The notes below the pieces were generated by a model, which was not told where the DNA came from, made no database searches, and saw nothing but the letters and a program-made list of their open reading frames with translations. Made by a program: the position numbers and the translations under genes. This document shows, piece by piece, positions 1 through 9,395 of a stretch of 64,000 nt of DNA. Each line of letters starts with the position of its first letter. Positions within the stretch are counted from its first letter, which is position 1. Source of the stretch: an uncultured bacterium (lineage in GTDB: Bacteria; Krumholzibacteriota; Krumholzibacteriia; LZORAL124-64-63); NCBI GenBank assembly GCA_963732385.1, contig CAVSZB010000007.1:1216001-1280000 (forward strand). Direction: 5' to 3'.

Positions 1-130
1 GCCCCAGGGCGCTGTTGCATTCGTCCACGCCGCCGTAGAGGTCGACGCGGAGATCGGCTTTCAGGACCCGTGCGCCGCCGAGCAACGAGGTCTCGCCACG
101 GTCGCCCGTGCGGGTATAGATGCGTGCCAT
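1..130 (-). CDS. pduO: PduO-type ATP:cob(I)alamin adenosyltransferase, 5' part (runs off window)
   Basis: Not in the ORF track. Manual translation from ATG at 130 gives [43 protein letters not shown], the IYTRTGDxGxT...RVxK...GxVDExNS signature. GGAGG RBS upstream. Lies downstream of B12-riboswitch genes. Confidence 0.9.
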   Translation of the reverse strand, partial: MARIYTRTGDRGETSLLGGARVLKADLRVDLYGGVDECNSALG

Positions 131-215
131 GATCCTCCTCCCGCGCCGGCTGCGGCCCGACCGCCGGGCCGGACCGCGTCATGCTAGCAGGCGACGCGCC
201 GCCGCGCACGGTCGA

Positions 216-1646
216 TCAGCGGACGATGGTCAACCCCGCCTCGGCCCCTCCGGCGCGGACCACATAGCGGCCGGCCGCGACAGCCCGCCCGGCGTCATCG
301 CGACCGTCGAAGCGGCAGCTCCCCCGGCCGTCGCGATCGAGCGCGACACTCGCCGAACGCACCCGCCGACCGCGCAGGTCGTGCAGCGTCACCGCTACGA
401 CCGTCAGCGGCGGCCCCTGCAGCCCGATCTCGCAGCCGGGATTGGCCGGGTTGGGCACGGGCAGCCCCAGCCGCAGCGCCCCGGCGGCCGGGACCGGGTC
501 CGGTGTCACCGTCAGCGCCGGCAGGCGCGGCAAAACGATCCAGGCGGGCGGCAGGCCGCAGGCAATGGCGGCGCCTGTCGCTTCGCTCCCCGTCCAGGCG
601 TCGAATACCCGCAGACCGGCGGCCGCCGATGTGCGGTCTGCCACGTAGAGCCACGCGCCGCCGTCCCAGGCGAGATCGGGGAAGGCATACTCGTTGGACG
701 CGCGCGCCGTCGCGCCGACCGCCCCGGTGTCGGGCCGCCATGCCTTCACCGAGGTGGCGAACGAGGCGTCGCCGACGATCGCCCAGGCGTGGCTGTCGTC
801 GACCACCGTGAAATCGAGCAGGTCGCCGCCGAGCGTCGCTTCGGTCACCAGGAAACCGCGGCTCTGCAGCGTGACGAGGTCGACCTCCTCGACACCGCCG
901 TCGACGACACCGTAATAACCGACGCACCCGAGACGCAGACGCAGGCCGCCGGGCGCCAGTTCCGGCTGACCGGACGGATTGCCGCCGGTCAGCCAGACCG
1001 GATCGACCTCCGGGGTGGCCGGCGCCGCGTCAACCCAGCCCTGCGCCGCCATATCGAAGACCAGGAGCGCGCCGGGACCGGTCGGGACATAGTAGTTGTG
1101 CCGGTCGAGTCGCTGCGCGGTGATGTACAGACGCCCGCCGTACGCCTCCATCCAGCCGGTCTCGGGCAGGCCGTCCGCGTCGGCGAACAACGCCGTGGAG
1201 ATCGTGCCGGTGACCGTCCCGGAGACGACATCCACCCTCAGCAGAAGCGCGGCGTCGTAGCACGAGACCCAGGCGGTGCCATCGGGAGCGAAGGCGATGT
1301 CCTGCGGGTTGCGCCCGCCGCCGAGGCTGAACTGCCGCACGGTGCGCCAGCCGTCGGCCGGGTCGAGAATCTGCACGTTGCTGCCTCCGGCCCGGTTCAC
1401 GACGTAGACCAGCCCGTCGTGCCAGCGCGCCACCGCGTCGACCCCGAGCGTGGCGACGTCGCGGGTGACCGTCCAGGGAGAGACGCGCGCGAAGGCGCCG
1501 GCCGAGGCCGGTCCGGTGTAGTCGGCGCAGATGACCAGGCCGGTGTCCCAGGCGGCCGTGGCGGGGAGAGCCACGAGCGCCACGAGCACGAGACCGCGGA
1601 CAGGCATCAGGAGGCGCGAAGTCGCGGCACGGGCAGTGCGGATCAT
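216..1646 (-). CDS. Secreted YncE/BtuG-like beta-propeller protein with C-terminal FlgD Ig-like sorting domain
   Basis: Signal peptide; propeller-like blades (GLVYVVNR, NPQDIAF, GGRLYITAQ, WLYVADR); C-terminal PNPANP...FDGRDDAGRAVAAGRY; GGAGG-like RBS; follows the TonB receptor. Confidence 0.7.
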   Translation of the reverse strand: MIRTARAATSRLLMPVRGLVLVALVALPATAAWDTGLVICADYTGPASAGAFARVSPWTVTRDVATLGVDAVARWHDGLVYVVNRAGGSNVQILDPADGWRTVRQFSLGGGRNPQDIAFAPDGTAWVSCYDAALLLRVDVVSGTVTGTISTALFADADGLPETGWMEAYGGRLYITAQRLDRHNYYVPTGPGALLVFDMAAQGWVDAAPATPEVDPVWLTGGNPSGQPELAPGGLRLRLGCVGYYGVVDGGVEEVDLVTLQSRGFLVTEATLGGDLLDFTVVDDSHAWAIVGDASFATSVKAWRPDTGAVGATARASNEYAFPDLAWDGGAWLYVADRTSAAAGLRVFDAWTGSEATGAAIACGLPPAWIVLPRLPALTVTPDPVPAAGALRLGLPVPNPANPGCEIGLQGPPLTVVAVTLHDLRGRRVRSASVALDRDGRGSCRFDGRDDAGRAVAAGRYVVRAGGAEAGLTIVR

Positions 1647-1668
1647 GGTGGAGGTCCTTCCGGCGCGC

Positions 1669-3831
1669 TCAGCGCGCGAACAGGGAGACGCGGACCTGGC
1701 GCCCCGGCAGCGGGAAGCCCTCCACGTCGTACACGGTGTTGTCGGTGACGTTGACGATCTCGGTCGTGACGGTCAGCGCGCGCCCCGGCCCCGAACGCCA
1801 GGTCCGCGCGAGCGAGAGCGACAGCAGCGTGCGCGCCGGGGCCCGGTCGCCCGGCGTGTTGTAACGGTCGCGGAAGCTGCCCGATTCGTGCGCCACCTCG
1901 ATCCCCGCCTCCCAGGCGCCGGCCGGGACCGCGCCGCCCAACGACGTCTCGATTGCCGGCAGGAACGGCAGCTGCCGGCCGCGGTAGGCGGGATCGACGC
2001 CGCGGTCGCGCGCATCCTGCCAGGTGGCGTTCGCAAACCAGCGCGCGCCCCCTTCCGCGCCGCCCCCCGCCTCCCACTCCACGCCGTCCGCCCGCGTCAG
2101 GCCGATGTTGCGCGCCTGACTGGTGCGCTGGGAGTTCTGCACCCAGACGACGGCCCGGTCGGTGACGGTGCTGAACAGCGCCAGCCGGGTCCAGCGTCCC
2201 CCGCCGCGGGCGCCCCAGCGCACGCCGGCGTCGTACGCCGTGATCTTCTCCGGTCGCAGGGCGCGGTTGCCATCGACGCCGCCACGGTGACCGAACAACT
2301 CGACCCAGGTCGGCGCGCGCAGCGCGCGCGAGGCGTGCGCCTCCAGGAAGAGGCGCGCCGGCCGCGCCTCCCAGATGGCCGCGACCGAGGGCGAAACCGC
2401 GTCCTGCACGTGCGGCGCCGCGAGCGGGATCTCCGGCAGCCACGGCAGCGCCGGCAGCGGCGGGAAATTGTCGGTGAGATGCTGCCAGCGCCATGACGGC
2501 GCGACGGTCAGGCGGGGACCGTACAGGTCGCAGCGCAGCGAGGCGAACGCCGTGACCGACGTGCGCACGCGCAGCGGATCCTCGGCGCCGGAGCGGCGCT
2601 CGTCGTACCATTGCCGTCCCCAGTCGCCCCCGGCGGTCAACTGGACCCGGCCGGTCGCCGCCTCCGGCAGCGCCGCGACGCGCACGATCGTCAGGCGTCC
2701 GGAGACATCGCGGTTTTCGCTCCGGGTGGTGCCGGGCGGATCCCAGCCCACCTCGCCCGCATCGTCGTGCAGCAGTTCGAGGGTGCGGACGCCGGCGGCG
2801 TCGAGGCGCAGCCCGCTGCGGGTATCTTCGAGCGAGAGACGCAGGTCGCGCCGCTCCCGGCGCACCCGGGCCCGCGGACTCTCGTAGCCCAGCGGACCGG
2901 GCCGGCCGCCGTCGCGTCGGTACAGCCCGGTCGAGCCGTCCGCGCGCAGCCGCCCGCCGTCCCAGCGACCCGACAGCGCACCTCCCCACTCTGTGAAATC
3001 GGCGTTGACCCGCTCCCGTTCGCGGTCATCGTCGGGATTGGCGAAGGTCTGGTTGTGATCGAGGAAGAGGTAGTCGTTGCGGATCGTCCGGCCGTGCAGC
3101 AGCAGCATGCCTGCGCGACGACCGTCGCCGGACCGCCAGCCGTCGGTCACCCGCCCGCCGCGGTCGCCGAACGAGCCGCCGAACAGGCGCACCGCCGCCC
3201 CAGCCTCGCCCGAAGCCCGGGTGATCAGGTTGATCGCCGCCGCGCCGCCGCTCCCCCCGAAGCGCGACGGCGCGGGCCCGCGATACACCTCCGCGGCCGC
3301 GAAGCGCTCGAGCGGGAGGCTGGCCAGGTCGATCCGGCCGTCCTGCGCGTCTGACAGCGGCACGCCATCGACCAGCAGCGCCACCTGCGCGCCGCTGGCG
3401 CCGCGCAGCGTCGGCACGCTCTCGGCGCCGAGTCCGCCGTAACGGCGCAGGTGCAGCCCGGCCGCCGCGGCGAGCAGCCCGGCCAGGTCGCCGCCTCCCC
3501 GCGCGTCGGCGAAGCGCACGACCGTCACCAGGTCCGGCCCGGCCGGCGCCGCGTCGCGGCCGGCCCGCGCGGCGTCCACGTAGACGGTGTCGGTGAGCCC
3601 GCCGTCGAACAGCGGCGCGCCCGCCTCGCCAGCGGTGGCCGCGATCTCCGGTAGCGGTTCGCAGGTGAAGTCGAGGATGGCGGCGGTGTCGGGCGGCGCG
3701 GCCCCGTCCGGCACGGCGGCGGCGCCGTCGAACGGCAAGGCCAGGCCCGCGGCCATGACCAGCCCCCAGGCCGGCAGCCGGAACCGTCGGAAAAGTCTCC
3801 CCGCAGGGAAAACCAGGAGAAGCCCGTCCAT
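1669..3831 (-). CDS. btuB: TonB-dependent outer-membrane receptor, probably cobalamin (BtuB-like)
   Basis: Plug motifs (LRGASGAQVALLVDGVPL, EVYRGP, AINLITR), LRPEK and NVTDNTVY barrel motifs; directly downstream of a cobalamin riboswitch. Confidence 0.8.
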   Translation of the reverse strand: MDGLLLVFPAGRLFRRFRLPAWGLVMAAGLALPFDGAAAVPDGAAPPDTAAILDFTCEPLPEIAATAGEAGAPLFDGGLTDTVYVDAARAGRDAAPAGPDLVTVVRFADARGGGDLAGLLAAAAGLHLRRYGGLGAESVPTLRGASGAQVALLVDGVPLSDAQDGRIDLASLPLERFAAAEVYRGPAPSRFGGSGGAAAINLITRASGEAGAAVRLFGGSFGDRGGRVTDGWRSGDGRRAGMLLLHGRTIRNDYLFLDHNQTFANPDDDRERERVNADFTEWGGALSGRWDGGRLRADGSTGLYRRDGGRPGPLGYESPRARVRRERRDLRLSLEDTRSGLRLDAAGVRTLELLHDDAGEVGWDPPGTTRSENRDVSGRLTIVRVAALPEAATGRVQLTAGGDWGRQWYDERRSGAEDPLRVRTSVTAFASLRCDLYGPRLTVAPSWRWQHLTDNFPPLPALPWLPEIPLAAPHVQDAVSPSVAAIWEARPARLFLEAHASRALRAPTWVELFGHRGGVDGNRALRPEKITAYDAGVRWGARGGGRWTRLALFSTVTDRAVVWVQNSQRTSQARNIGLTRADGVEWEAGGGAEGGARWFANATWQDARDRGVDPAYRGRQLPFLPAIETSLGGAVPAGAWEAGIEVAHESGSFRDRYNTPGDRAPARTLLSLSLARTWRSGPGRALTVTTEIVNVTDNTVYDVEGFPLPGRQVRVSLFAR

Positions 3832-3864
3832 TGCCGACCTCTCCCACGAAAGTCAGGCAACTCG

Positions 3865-4033
3865 GGTTCGCGATCGGTCTCCTGGCTTGCGGGTCAGCCT
3901 ACTCGCCGCGCCTTCCCGGCCCGGGGCGCGCCATGCGCGCGGGAGGACCAGTGGCTGGGGTGCGGTTTTCGTCGCCGCTCACAGTGGCGGGGCCGCGCCG
4001 GATTTTCACCGGCTTCCGGTGGATGCGAACCTT
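3865..4033 (-). ncRNA. Cobalamin riboswitch
   Basis: Minus strand reads GGAAGCCGGTGAAAATCCGGCGCGGCCCCGCCACTGTGA...GCCACTG...GGGAAGGC...AAGCCAGGAGACC (B12-box), closed by a GGTTCGC/GCGAACC helix; ends about 35 nt upstream of the btuB start. Confidence 0.95.
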
Positions 4034-4076
4034 TCATTTTGGCATTACGCCACGCCCCAAGGGCGCCAGGGGCACA

Positions 4077-5126
4077 CTAGACCGCCGGGTAGTCCCTGTC
4101 AAGAACGCGCCGCCAGATCCGCTCGTGGTCGTCGGGCGCGGCGCTCGCCAGCAATACCGCGTCTCCCTCCCCGATCACGGCGGGGGCCCGGGTCTGGATG
4201 AGCGGCTCGGGCGCCGCGGCAAGGTAGTCGGCCTCGGTGTAGGGGCGATAGCGAAGCCAGAATCCGAGGTGCCAGAGGAAGAACCGCTCGACGCGCGTCT
4301 GCCCCTTCGCATCGTCGCCGAAATGCTCCGTGGCGTAGTCGTAGTACCGCCGCAACAGCGCCCACCGCTCGGCGGGCGACGGCAGGATGGCCCGCCCCTC
4401 CCTGATTTCCTGGAAAACCCACGGTTTGATCAGCGCGCCGCGCGCCACCAGCAGCGAGGCTACTCCGGATCCCGCGCGCCGGGCCTGCGCGTCCCACGGC
4501 GTCAGCAGGTCGCCGTTGCCGATCACCGGCACCGACACCGTGGCGACCACGCGCGCGATGATGTCCCAGTCCGCGGCACGCCGGTAGCGCTGCTCGCGGG
4601 TGCGGCCGTGGACCATCAAAGCGTCGGCGCCGCCGTCGACCGCGGCGCGGGCCGTCTCGAGGACATTGATTTTTCCCTCTGCGTAGCCGGAGCGGAGCTT
4701 GACCGAGAGCGGCACGGCGATCCGCGCGCGCACCGCCTCCACCACTTTCGCCAGTTTCTGCGGGCGTTTCAGCAGAGCGGCGCCCGCGCCGCGGCGAACG
4801 ACCAGGTCGATGGGACAGCCGAAATTGAGATCGATGAAACAGGCGCCCAGTTCGACGGCGCGCACGGCCGCTTCGGCCATCACCTCCGGTGATTTGCCAC
4901 AAAGCTGGACGCCGAACGTCGTCTCGCTCTCGTGATGACGCAGCAGCGGCAGTTCGCCCCGGCCGCCGGCCGCCAGTTTGTCCGCCATCACCATTTCGCT
5001 GCAGGTCAGATCAGCGCCGAACTCCCGGCAGAGGCGTCGGTACGGCAGGTTGCCGCCGTTCGCCATCGGCGCCATCACGAGGCGTCCGCGAAAAAATTCG
5101 GCGCCATCGGGGCTGCGGTCGGTCAC
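4077..5126 (-). CDS. dus: tRNA-dihydrouridine synthase (Dus family)
   Basis: LVMAPM, SEMV, VQLCG, IDLNFGCP, GAGAALL, SVKLR, VHGRTREQRY, GNGD and ARGAL motifs; GTG start at 5126 with GGGAGGG RBS (the ORF-track start is overextended). Confidence 0.9.
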   Translation of the reverse strand: MTDRSPDGAEFFRGRLVMAPMANGGNLPYRRLCREFGADLTCSEMVMADKLAAGGRGELPLLRHHESETTFGVQLCGKSPEVMAEAAVRAVELGACFIDLNFGCPIDLVVRRGAGAALLKRPQKLAKVVEAVRARIAVPLSVKLRSGYAEGKINVLETARAAVDGGADALMVHGRTREQRYRRAADWDIIARVVATVSVPVIGNGDLLTPWDAQARRAGSGVASLLVARGALIKPWVFQEIREGRAILPSPAERWALLRRYYDYATEHFGDDAKGQTRVERFFLWHLGFWLRYRPYTEADYLAAAPEPLIQTRAPAVIGEGDAVLLASAAPDDHERIWRRVLDRDYPAV

Positions 5127-5214
5127 GCGGAATCCCTCCCGGGAAAGCGGCGGCCGCCCTCCGGGGCGGCCACACGCGGAAACGGTGCCGGCCGGGCAGC
5201 GGAACGTCCGCCGC

Positions 5215-5748
5215 TCAACCGCCGTCGAGCATCGGACTCTCGTCGAACCCGTGCCACTTTTCGGGGTGCTCCAGATAATCGTGGGTGTTCGAGAGCAGCT
5301 GGTAGTGCACCTGCTCCTCTGCCGCCAGATGGCGGAACATATCCCGCGCCAGCGGCGAGGCGACCTGACCGGCGGCCTCCGTGTACATTGCGTACCCGCG
5401 ACGTTCGACCTGCATGGCGCCGCGGATGATCTCGAGGTCTTCCGGCACGAACTGGTAGGGGTCTTTCGCCCCCGACAGGGCGCTCTCGAAAATTTCCCGC
5501 GGGCCCTGGTGGGAATGCTCCCCGTGATCGGCCAGCACCTGCAGATCGTGGGTCCGCAGGAGATCGTCGCGCACCCTGACCAGATGCTCACGATGCCCCG
5601 CCTCGTCCTTCGCCAGCGACTGCAGGATGCGCTTTTCCAGTTCGGACCCGGAGTCGCCGGCCCGCTGGTTGAAGAACCGGATCCCTTCCTCTTCAAAAAC
5701 AATAGCCTTCGCCAGGATGTCCAGGCACAGCTTCACGTCATCGCCCAT
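5215..5748 (-). CDS. Rubrerythrin/ferritin-like di-iron protein
   Basis: Two E...ExxH repeats (EEEGIRFF...DEAGH; ERRGYAMY...EEQVH); ATG at 5748 with RBS. Confidence 0.8.
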   Translation of the reverse strand: MGDDVKLCLDILAKAIVFEEEGIRFFNQRAGDSGSELEKRILQSLAKDEAGHREHLVRVRDDLLRTHDLQVLADHGEHSHQGPREIFESALSGAKDPYQFVPEDLEIIRGAMQVERRGYAMYTEAAGQVASPLARDMFRHLAAEEQVHYQLLSNTHDYLEHPEKWHGFDESPMLDGG

Positions 5749-5994
5749 GTCACCCTCCCGTACACCCGGCGCCGCGCGTTGGCGGCGCCCGGGCATGAAA
5801 TCCACCGGTATTTCGGTCCGGTTTCCCGATCTGGAAGTCAATGGTAACGCTCCGCCGGAAAAATGCCAAACCGGCCCACCTGAAGTCTGGATACTTGGAT
5901 TCGATCCGGATATGATCGGCCATGCTCGTATCGATTCCGGCCGGCGCCGCGCAGGTCGTCCGGCTGTTCACCGGGTTCCCGCGGGAGGATGGGT

Positions 5995-7302
5995 ATGGCG
6001 ACTCTGAAGAAGACGCTGGCGGCGAAAATCCCCGCCTGGCGAGAGGAAATGCGCGCGTTGCTCAAGGCGCACGGCGAGTTCAAGATCGGCGACGTGACCG
6101 TCGGCCAGGCTTATGGCGGCATGCGCGGCGTCAAGAGCATGGTGTGCGACACCTCCGAGGTACCGCCCGACATGGGCCTGATCATCCGGGGCACGCCGAT
6201 CGCCCAGTTGAAAGACCGCCTGCCGGAAGAGATTTTCTTCCTGCTTTGCACGAATGAATTGCCCGATCGCCGGGCGCTCAAGGCTCTCCAGGAGGATCTC
6301 GCGGAGCGCTCCCGCGTGCCGGCCTATGTCTGGAAGGTCCTCGAGGCGATGCCGGCCAACTCGCACCCCATGTGCATGTTCGACACGGCGATCCTCTGCA
6401 TGCAGCGCGAGTCGAAATTCCAGCAGGCCTACAACGCCGGCATGCGCAAGGACGAGTACTGGGAGCCGATGCTGGAGGACTCGCTCGACATCCTGGCCAA
6501 ACTGCCCGCCATCGCGGCCGGCATCTACCGGATGCGTTTCAAGAAGGGCGCGCGCATCGCCCCGAAGAAGGACCTCGACTGGAGCACCAACTACGTGCGC
6601 ATGCTTGGCTTCAAGGATCCCGGCGGGGAGTTCGCCGACCTGATGCGCCTCTATCTGGTCCTGCACAGTGACCATGAGAGCGGCAACGTCTCGGCGCACA
6701 CCTGCCACTGCGTCGGCTCGGCGCTGTCGGACGCCTACTATGCGGTCTCGGCCGGCCTCAACGGTCTGGCCGGTCCGCTGCACGGTCTGGCGAACCAGGA
6801 GTGCCTCTCCTGGATCCTCGAAGTCCACAAGAAATTCCAGGGGGTCCCCACGGACGAGCAGCTGCGCAAGATGGCCTGGGACACGCTGGCCAGCGGCAAG
6901 GTGATCCCCGGCTACGGCCATGCCGTGCTGCGCGTCACCGATCCGCGCTTCGACGCCTTCCTCGAGTTCGGGCTCAAACACTTCCCTGACGATCCGGTCA
7001 TGCACATCGTGGGTCAGGTCTTCCGGATCGTGCCGGGGGTCCTGCGCGAACAGGGCAAGGCCAAGGATCCGTGGCCCAATGTCGACGCCGCCTCGGGCGC
7101 GCTGCTCTACCACTACGGGCTGAAGGAGCAGTCGTACTACACGGTGCTCTTCTCGGTTTCGCGCGCCATGGGCATGTGCTCGCAGCTCGTGGTCAACCGC
7201 GCCATCGGCGCGCCGCTCGAGCGGCCCAAGTCGGTCACCACCACGTGGGTCAAGAAGACGGTCGGCTTCGCCGGTCCGGCGCCGGCCGCGCCGCAAGGCT
7301 GA
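5995..7302 (+). CDS. gltA: Citrate (Si)-synthase, eukaryote/mitochondrial-like type
   Basis: YGGMRG, LHSDHESGNVSAH, GLAGPLHGLANQE, IPGYGHAVLRVTDPR, WPNVDA, LERPKS; GGAGG RBS before ATG 5995. Confidence 0.93.
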   Translation: MATLKKTLAAKIPAWREEMRALLKAHGEFKIGDVTVGQAYGGMRGVKSMVCDTSEVPPDMGLIIRGTPIAQLKDRLPEEIFFLLCTNELPDRRALKALQEDLAERSRVPAYVWKVLEAMPANSHPMCMFDTAILCMQRESKFQQAYNAGMRKDEYWEPMLEDSLDILAKLPAIAAGIYRMRFKKGARIAPKKDLDWSTNYVRMLGFKDPGGEFADLMRLYLVLHSDHESGNVSAHTCHCVGSALSDAYYAVSAGLNGLAGPLHGLANQECLSWILEVHKKFQGVPTDEQLRKMAWDTLASGKVIPGYGHAVLRVTDPRFDAFLEFGLKHFPDDPVMHIVGQVFRIVPGVLREQGKAKDPWPNVDAASGALLYHYGLKEQSYYTVLFSVSRAMGMCSQLVVNRAIGAPLERPKSVTTTWVKKTVGFAGPAPAAPQG

Positions 7303-7327
7303 CCGTCGTCATCCGTGTCCGCGCAGC

Positions 7328-7353
7328 AGGGCCGGCCCCCGGGGGCCGGCCCT
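7328..7353 (+). terminator. GC-rich hairpin, likely citrate synthase terminator
   Basis: 26-bp perfect palindrome AGGGCCGGCCCCCGGGGGCCGGCCCT, 25 nt after the stop, followed by CTCTGTT. Confidence 0.55.
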
Positions 7354-7376
7354 CTCTGTTCATCGGGATGCGGATG

Positions 7377-7385
7377 TGCTATAAT
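7377..7385 (+). promoter_or_regulatory. Extended -10 promoter element
   Basis: TG-C-TATAAT, a perfect consensus in a high-GC background, about 60 nt upstream of the ATG at 7448. Confidence 0.55.
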
Positions 7386-7447
7386 ATGCATAGTTTGGCA
7401 ACCGAAGGCCGGCCGATCAACTCAGCCTCCGCAAAGGCGGTCCTCCC

Positions 7448-8686
7448 ATGTCCTCGCCCATCTCCCGGTTGCGCCTGGCGCTGCTGGCCCTCTCCCTGCC
7501 CCTGCTGCTGGCCGGCCCGGCCGGCGCCGGCGTGACGATCCACTGCCTGGACGTCGGCCAGGGGGACGCCACCCTGATCGTCTCCTCCAGCGGCAAGACG
7601 CTGCTGTTCGACGCCGGCGACAACGGCAAGGGCACGTCCGTGGTCGTCCCCTACCTGACCGCCCTGGGCATCGGCCAGCTCAACTACATCGTGACCAGCC
7701 ACTATCACGCCGACCACATCGGCGGCGTGGACGAGGTGTGGAACGCCCAGGGGGCGGTGCTCGACGCCGTGTACGACCGGGGCTGGAGCTACACGACGGC
7801 AACCTACAACACGTATGCCGCGCTGGTTGCCGCCAAGCGGGTCACGGCCACCGACCTGCAGGTGATCGACCTCGGCGATGGCGTCACCGCGACCGTGGTC
7901 GCGGTCAACGGCAACGGCTTGCTGGCGCCCCCCTTCACCAGCGGCACCAACGATGAGAACGACTTCTGTCTCGCCCTGCACGTGCAGGCGGGCGACTTCG
8001 ACTATTTCCAGGCGGGCGACCTGAGCGGCGTCAACGACTCGTCCTACAACGACATCGAAACGAGCGTGGGGCCGCGCGTAGGCGATCTCGAGATCTACCA
8101 CGTCGATCACCACGGCTCCTACTCGGCGAGCAACGCCAACTTCCTGGCCGCCACCGATCCGAACGTGGCGATCATCTCCGTGGGGTCGAACAGCTATGGC
8201 CATCCCGCGCAGGTCACCCTCGACCGGATCGCGGCGGCCGGGGCGTTCATCTACCAGACCGAGCTCGGCTCCGGCGGCACGCTGCCGGCCTCCGAGCTCA
8301 CGGTGGTCGGCGGTCACATCGTGATCGCCACGACCGGCTACGGCACCTACACGGTCAACGCAGACGTCTGGCCGATGGACGAGCCCGACCTGACGCCGGT
8401 GCCGACCGTCACCGCCTTCGCCCTGCTCGGCAACTATCCCAATCCGTTCAACCCGCTCACGAACATCCGCTTCGTGACCGAGCGCGGCGGGCCGGTCGCC
8501 TTCACCGTCTACGATCTGGCCGGACGGCGCCTCATCGAGCGTTCGTTCGAGGCTGAGCCGGGCACGCAGAGCGTGCTCTGGGAGGGACGGGACAACGTCG
8601 GACACGCGCTGCCGTCGGGCGTCTATCTCTACCGGCTGCAGACGCCGGAGGGGACCGGCGGCGGGCGCATGATGCTGACGAAGTGA
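7448..8686 (+). CDS. Secreted ComEC/Rec2-like metallo-beta-lactamase-fold hydrolase with FlgD Ig-like C-terminal domain
   Basis: LDVGQGDA, SHYHADHIGG, DHHGS, SVGSNSYGHP; C-terminal NYPNPFNP...WEGRDNVGHALPSGVYLYRL. Confidence 0.85.
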   Translation: MSSPISRLRLALLALSLPLLLAGPAGAGVTIHCLDVGQGDATLIVSSSGKTLLFDAGDNGKGTSVVVPYLTALGIGQLNYIVTSHYHADHIGGVDEVWNAQGAVLDAVYDRGWSYTTATYNTYAALVAAKRVTATDLQVIDLGDGVTATVVAVNGNGLLAPPFTSGTNDENDFCLALHVQAGDFDYFQAGDLSGVNDSSYNDIETSVGPRVGDLEIYHVDHHGSYSASNANFLAATDPNVAIISVGSNSYGHPAQVTLDRIAAAGAFIYQTELGSGGTLPASELTVVGGHIVIATTGYGTYTVNADVWPMDEPDLTPVPTVTAFALLGNYPNPFNPLTNIRFVTERGGPVAFTVYDLAGRRLIERSFEAEPGTQSVLWEGRDNVGHALPSGVYLYRLQTPEGTGGGRMMLTK

Positions 8687-8699
8687 GGCGAGCGTGGGT

Positions 8700-9395
8700 T
8701 CAGGAATCGGCCGGCGCCGGCAGGTCCGGGGCCGGCCGTTTCGTGTCCGGCGTGCCCGACGGGTCCGGCGCGGCCACCGTCGCGACCGCGGCAACCGCGC
8801 TCCAGGCCGCGAACCAGCCGAGCCAGACCTGCGAGAGGTAGTGCTTGCGGTCGTTCACGCGCGACCAGCCGGTCAGGAGCGAGCCGGCGTAGGCCGCGGC
8901 GCGCCGCCACGGCCCGTCCGCCATGCGGGCCGCGGTCAGCCACGGCACCGCGCCCATGAAGGCGTGCCCCGAGGCGGAATTGTCGTCGCGCAGCGGACGA
9001 CCCCAACGCGGGCCGCGAAGACCGTCGCCGTCGGTGGGACGCGACGCGCCCAGACCGTACTGCAGGCTCCACAGGAGCGGCAGACCAACGACCATCGCCT
9101 CGAAATTGCGCCGGCCCCAGCGGGTGAGCGCCGAGGAGCGCCAGCGCGCGTCGAGCAGGGCGACGAGCCCCCACGCCAGAAACCAGGGCCGCTCGCCCAG
9201 CGTCTTCGCCCCGCGCGCCAGGGCGTCGCTGCGCGCCGAGCGGACGCGGTCGCGATGCCAGTGGTCCGCGCGATGATCCAGGCCGGAATAGATCAGCGCG
9301 CCGGCTCCGAGCAGCGCACCACCGAGCTGGAGAAAGCCGCGGCGGCTGTAGCAGCGCCGGCCGGCCTCGGCCAGCCGGGAGGCGCCCGCGTTCAA
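8700..9395 (-). CDS. PAP2-family phosphatase-like membrane protein
   Basis: SRP, ASGH and SRVNDRKHYLSQ resemble PAP2 motifs C1-C3; hydrophobic segments. Confidence 0.7.
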   Translation of the reverse strand: MNAGASRLAEAGRRCYSRRGFLQLGGALLGAGALIYSGLDHRADHWHRDRVRSARSDALARGAKTLGERPWFLAWGLVALLDARWRSSALTRWGRRNFEAMVVGLPLLWSLQYGLGASRPTDGDGLRGPRWGRPLRDDNSASGHAFMGAVPWLTAARMADGPWRRAAAYAGSLLTGWSRVNDRKHYLSQVWLGWFAAWSAVAAVATVAAPDPSGTPDTKRPAPDLPAPADS

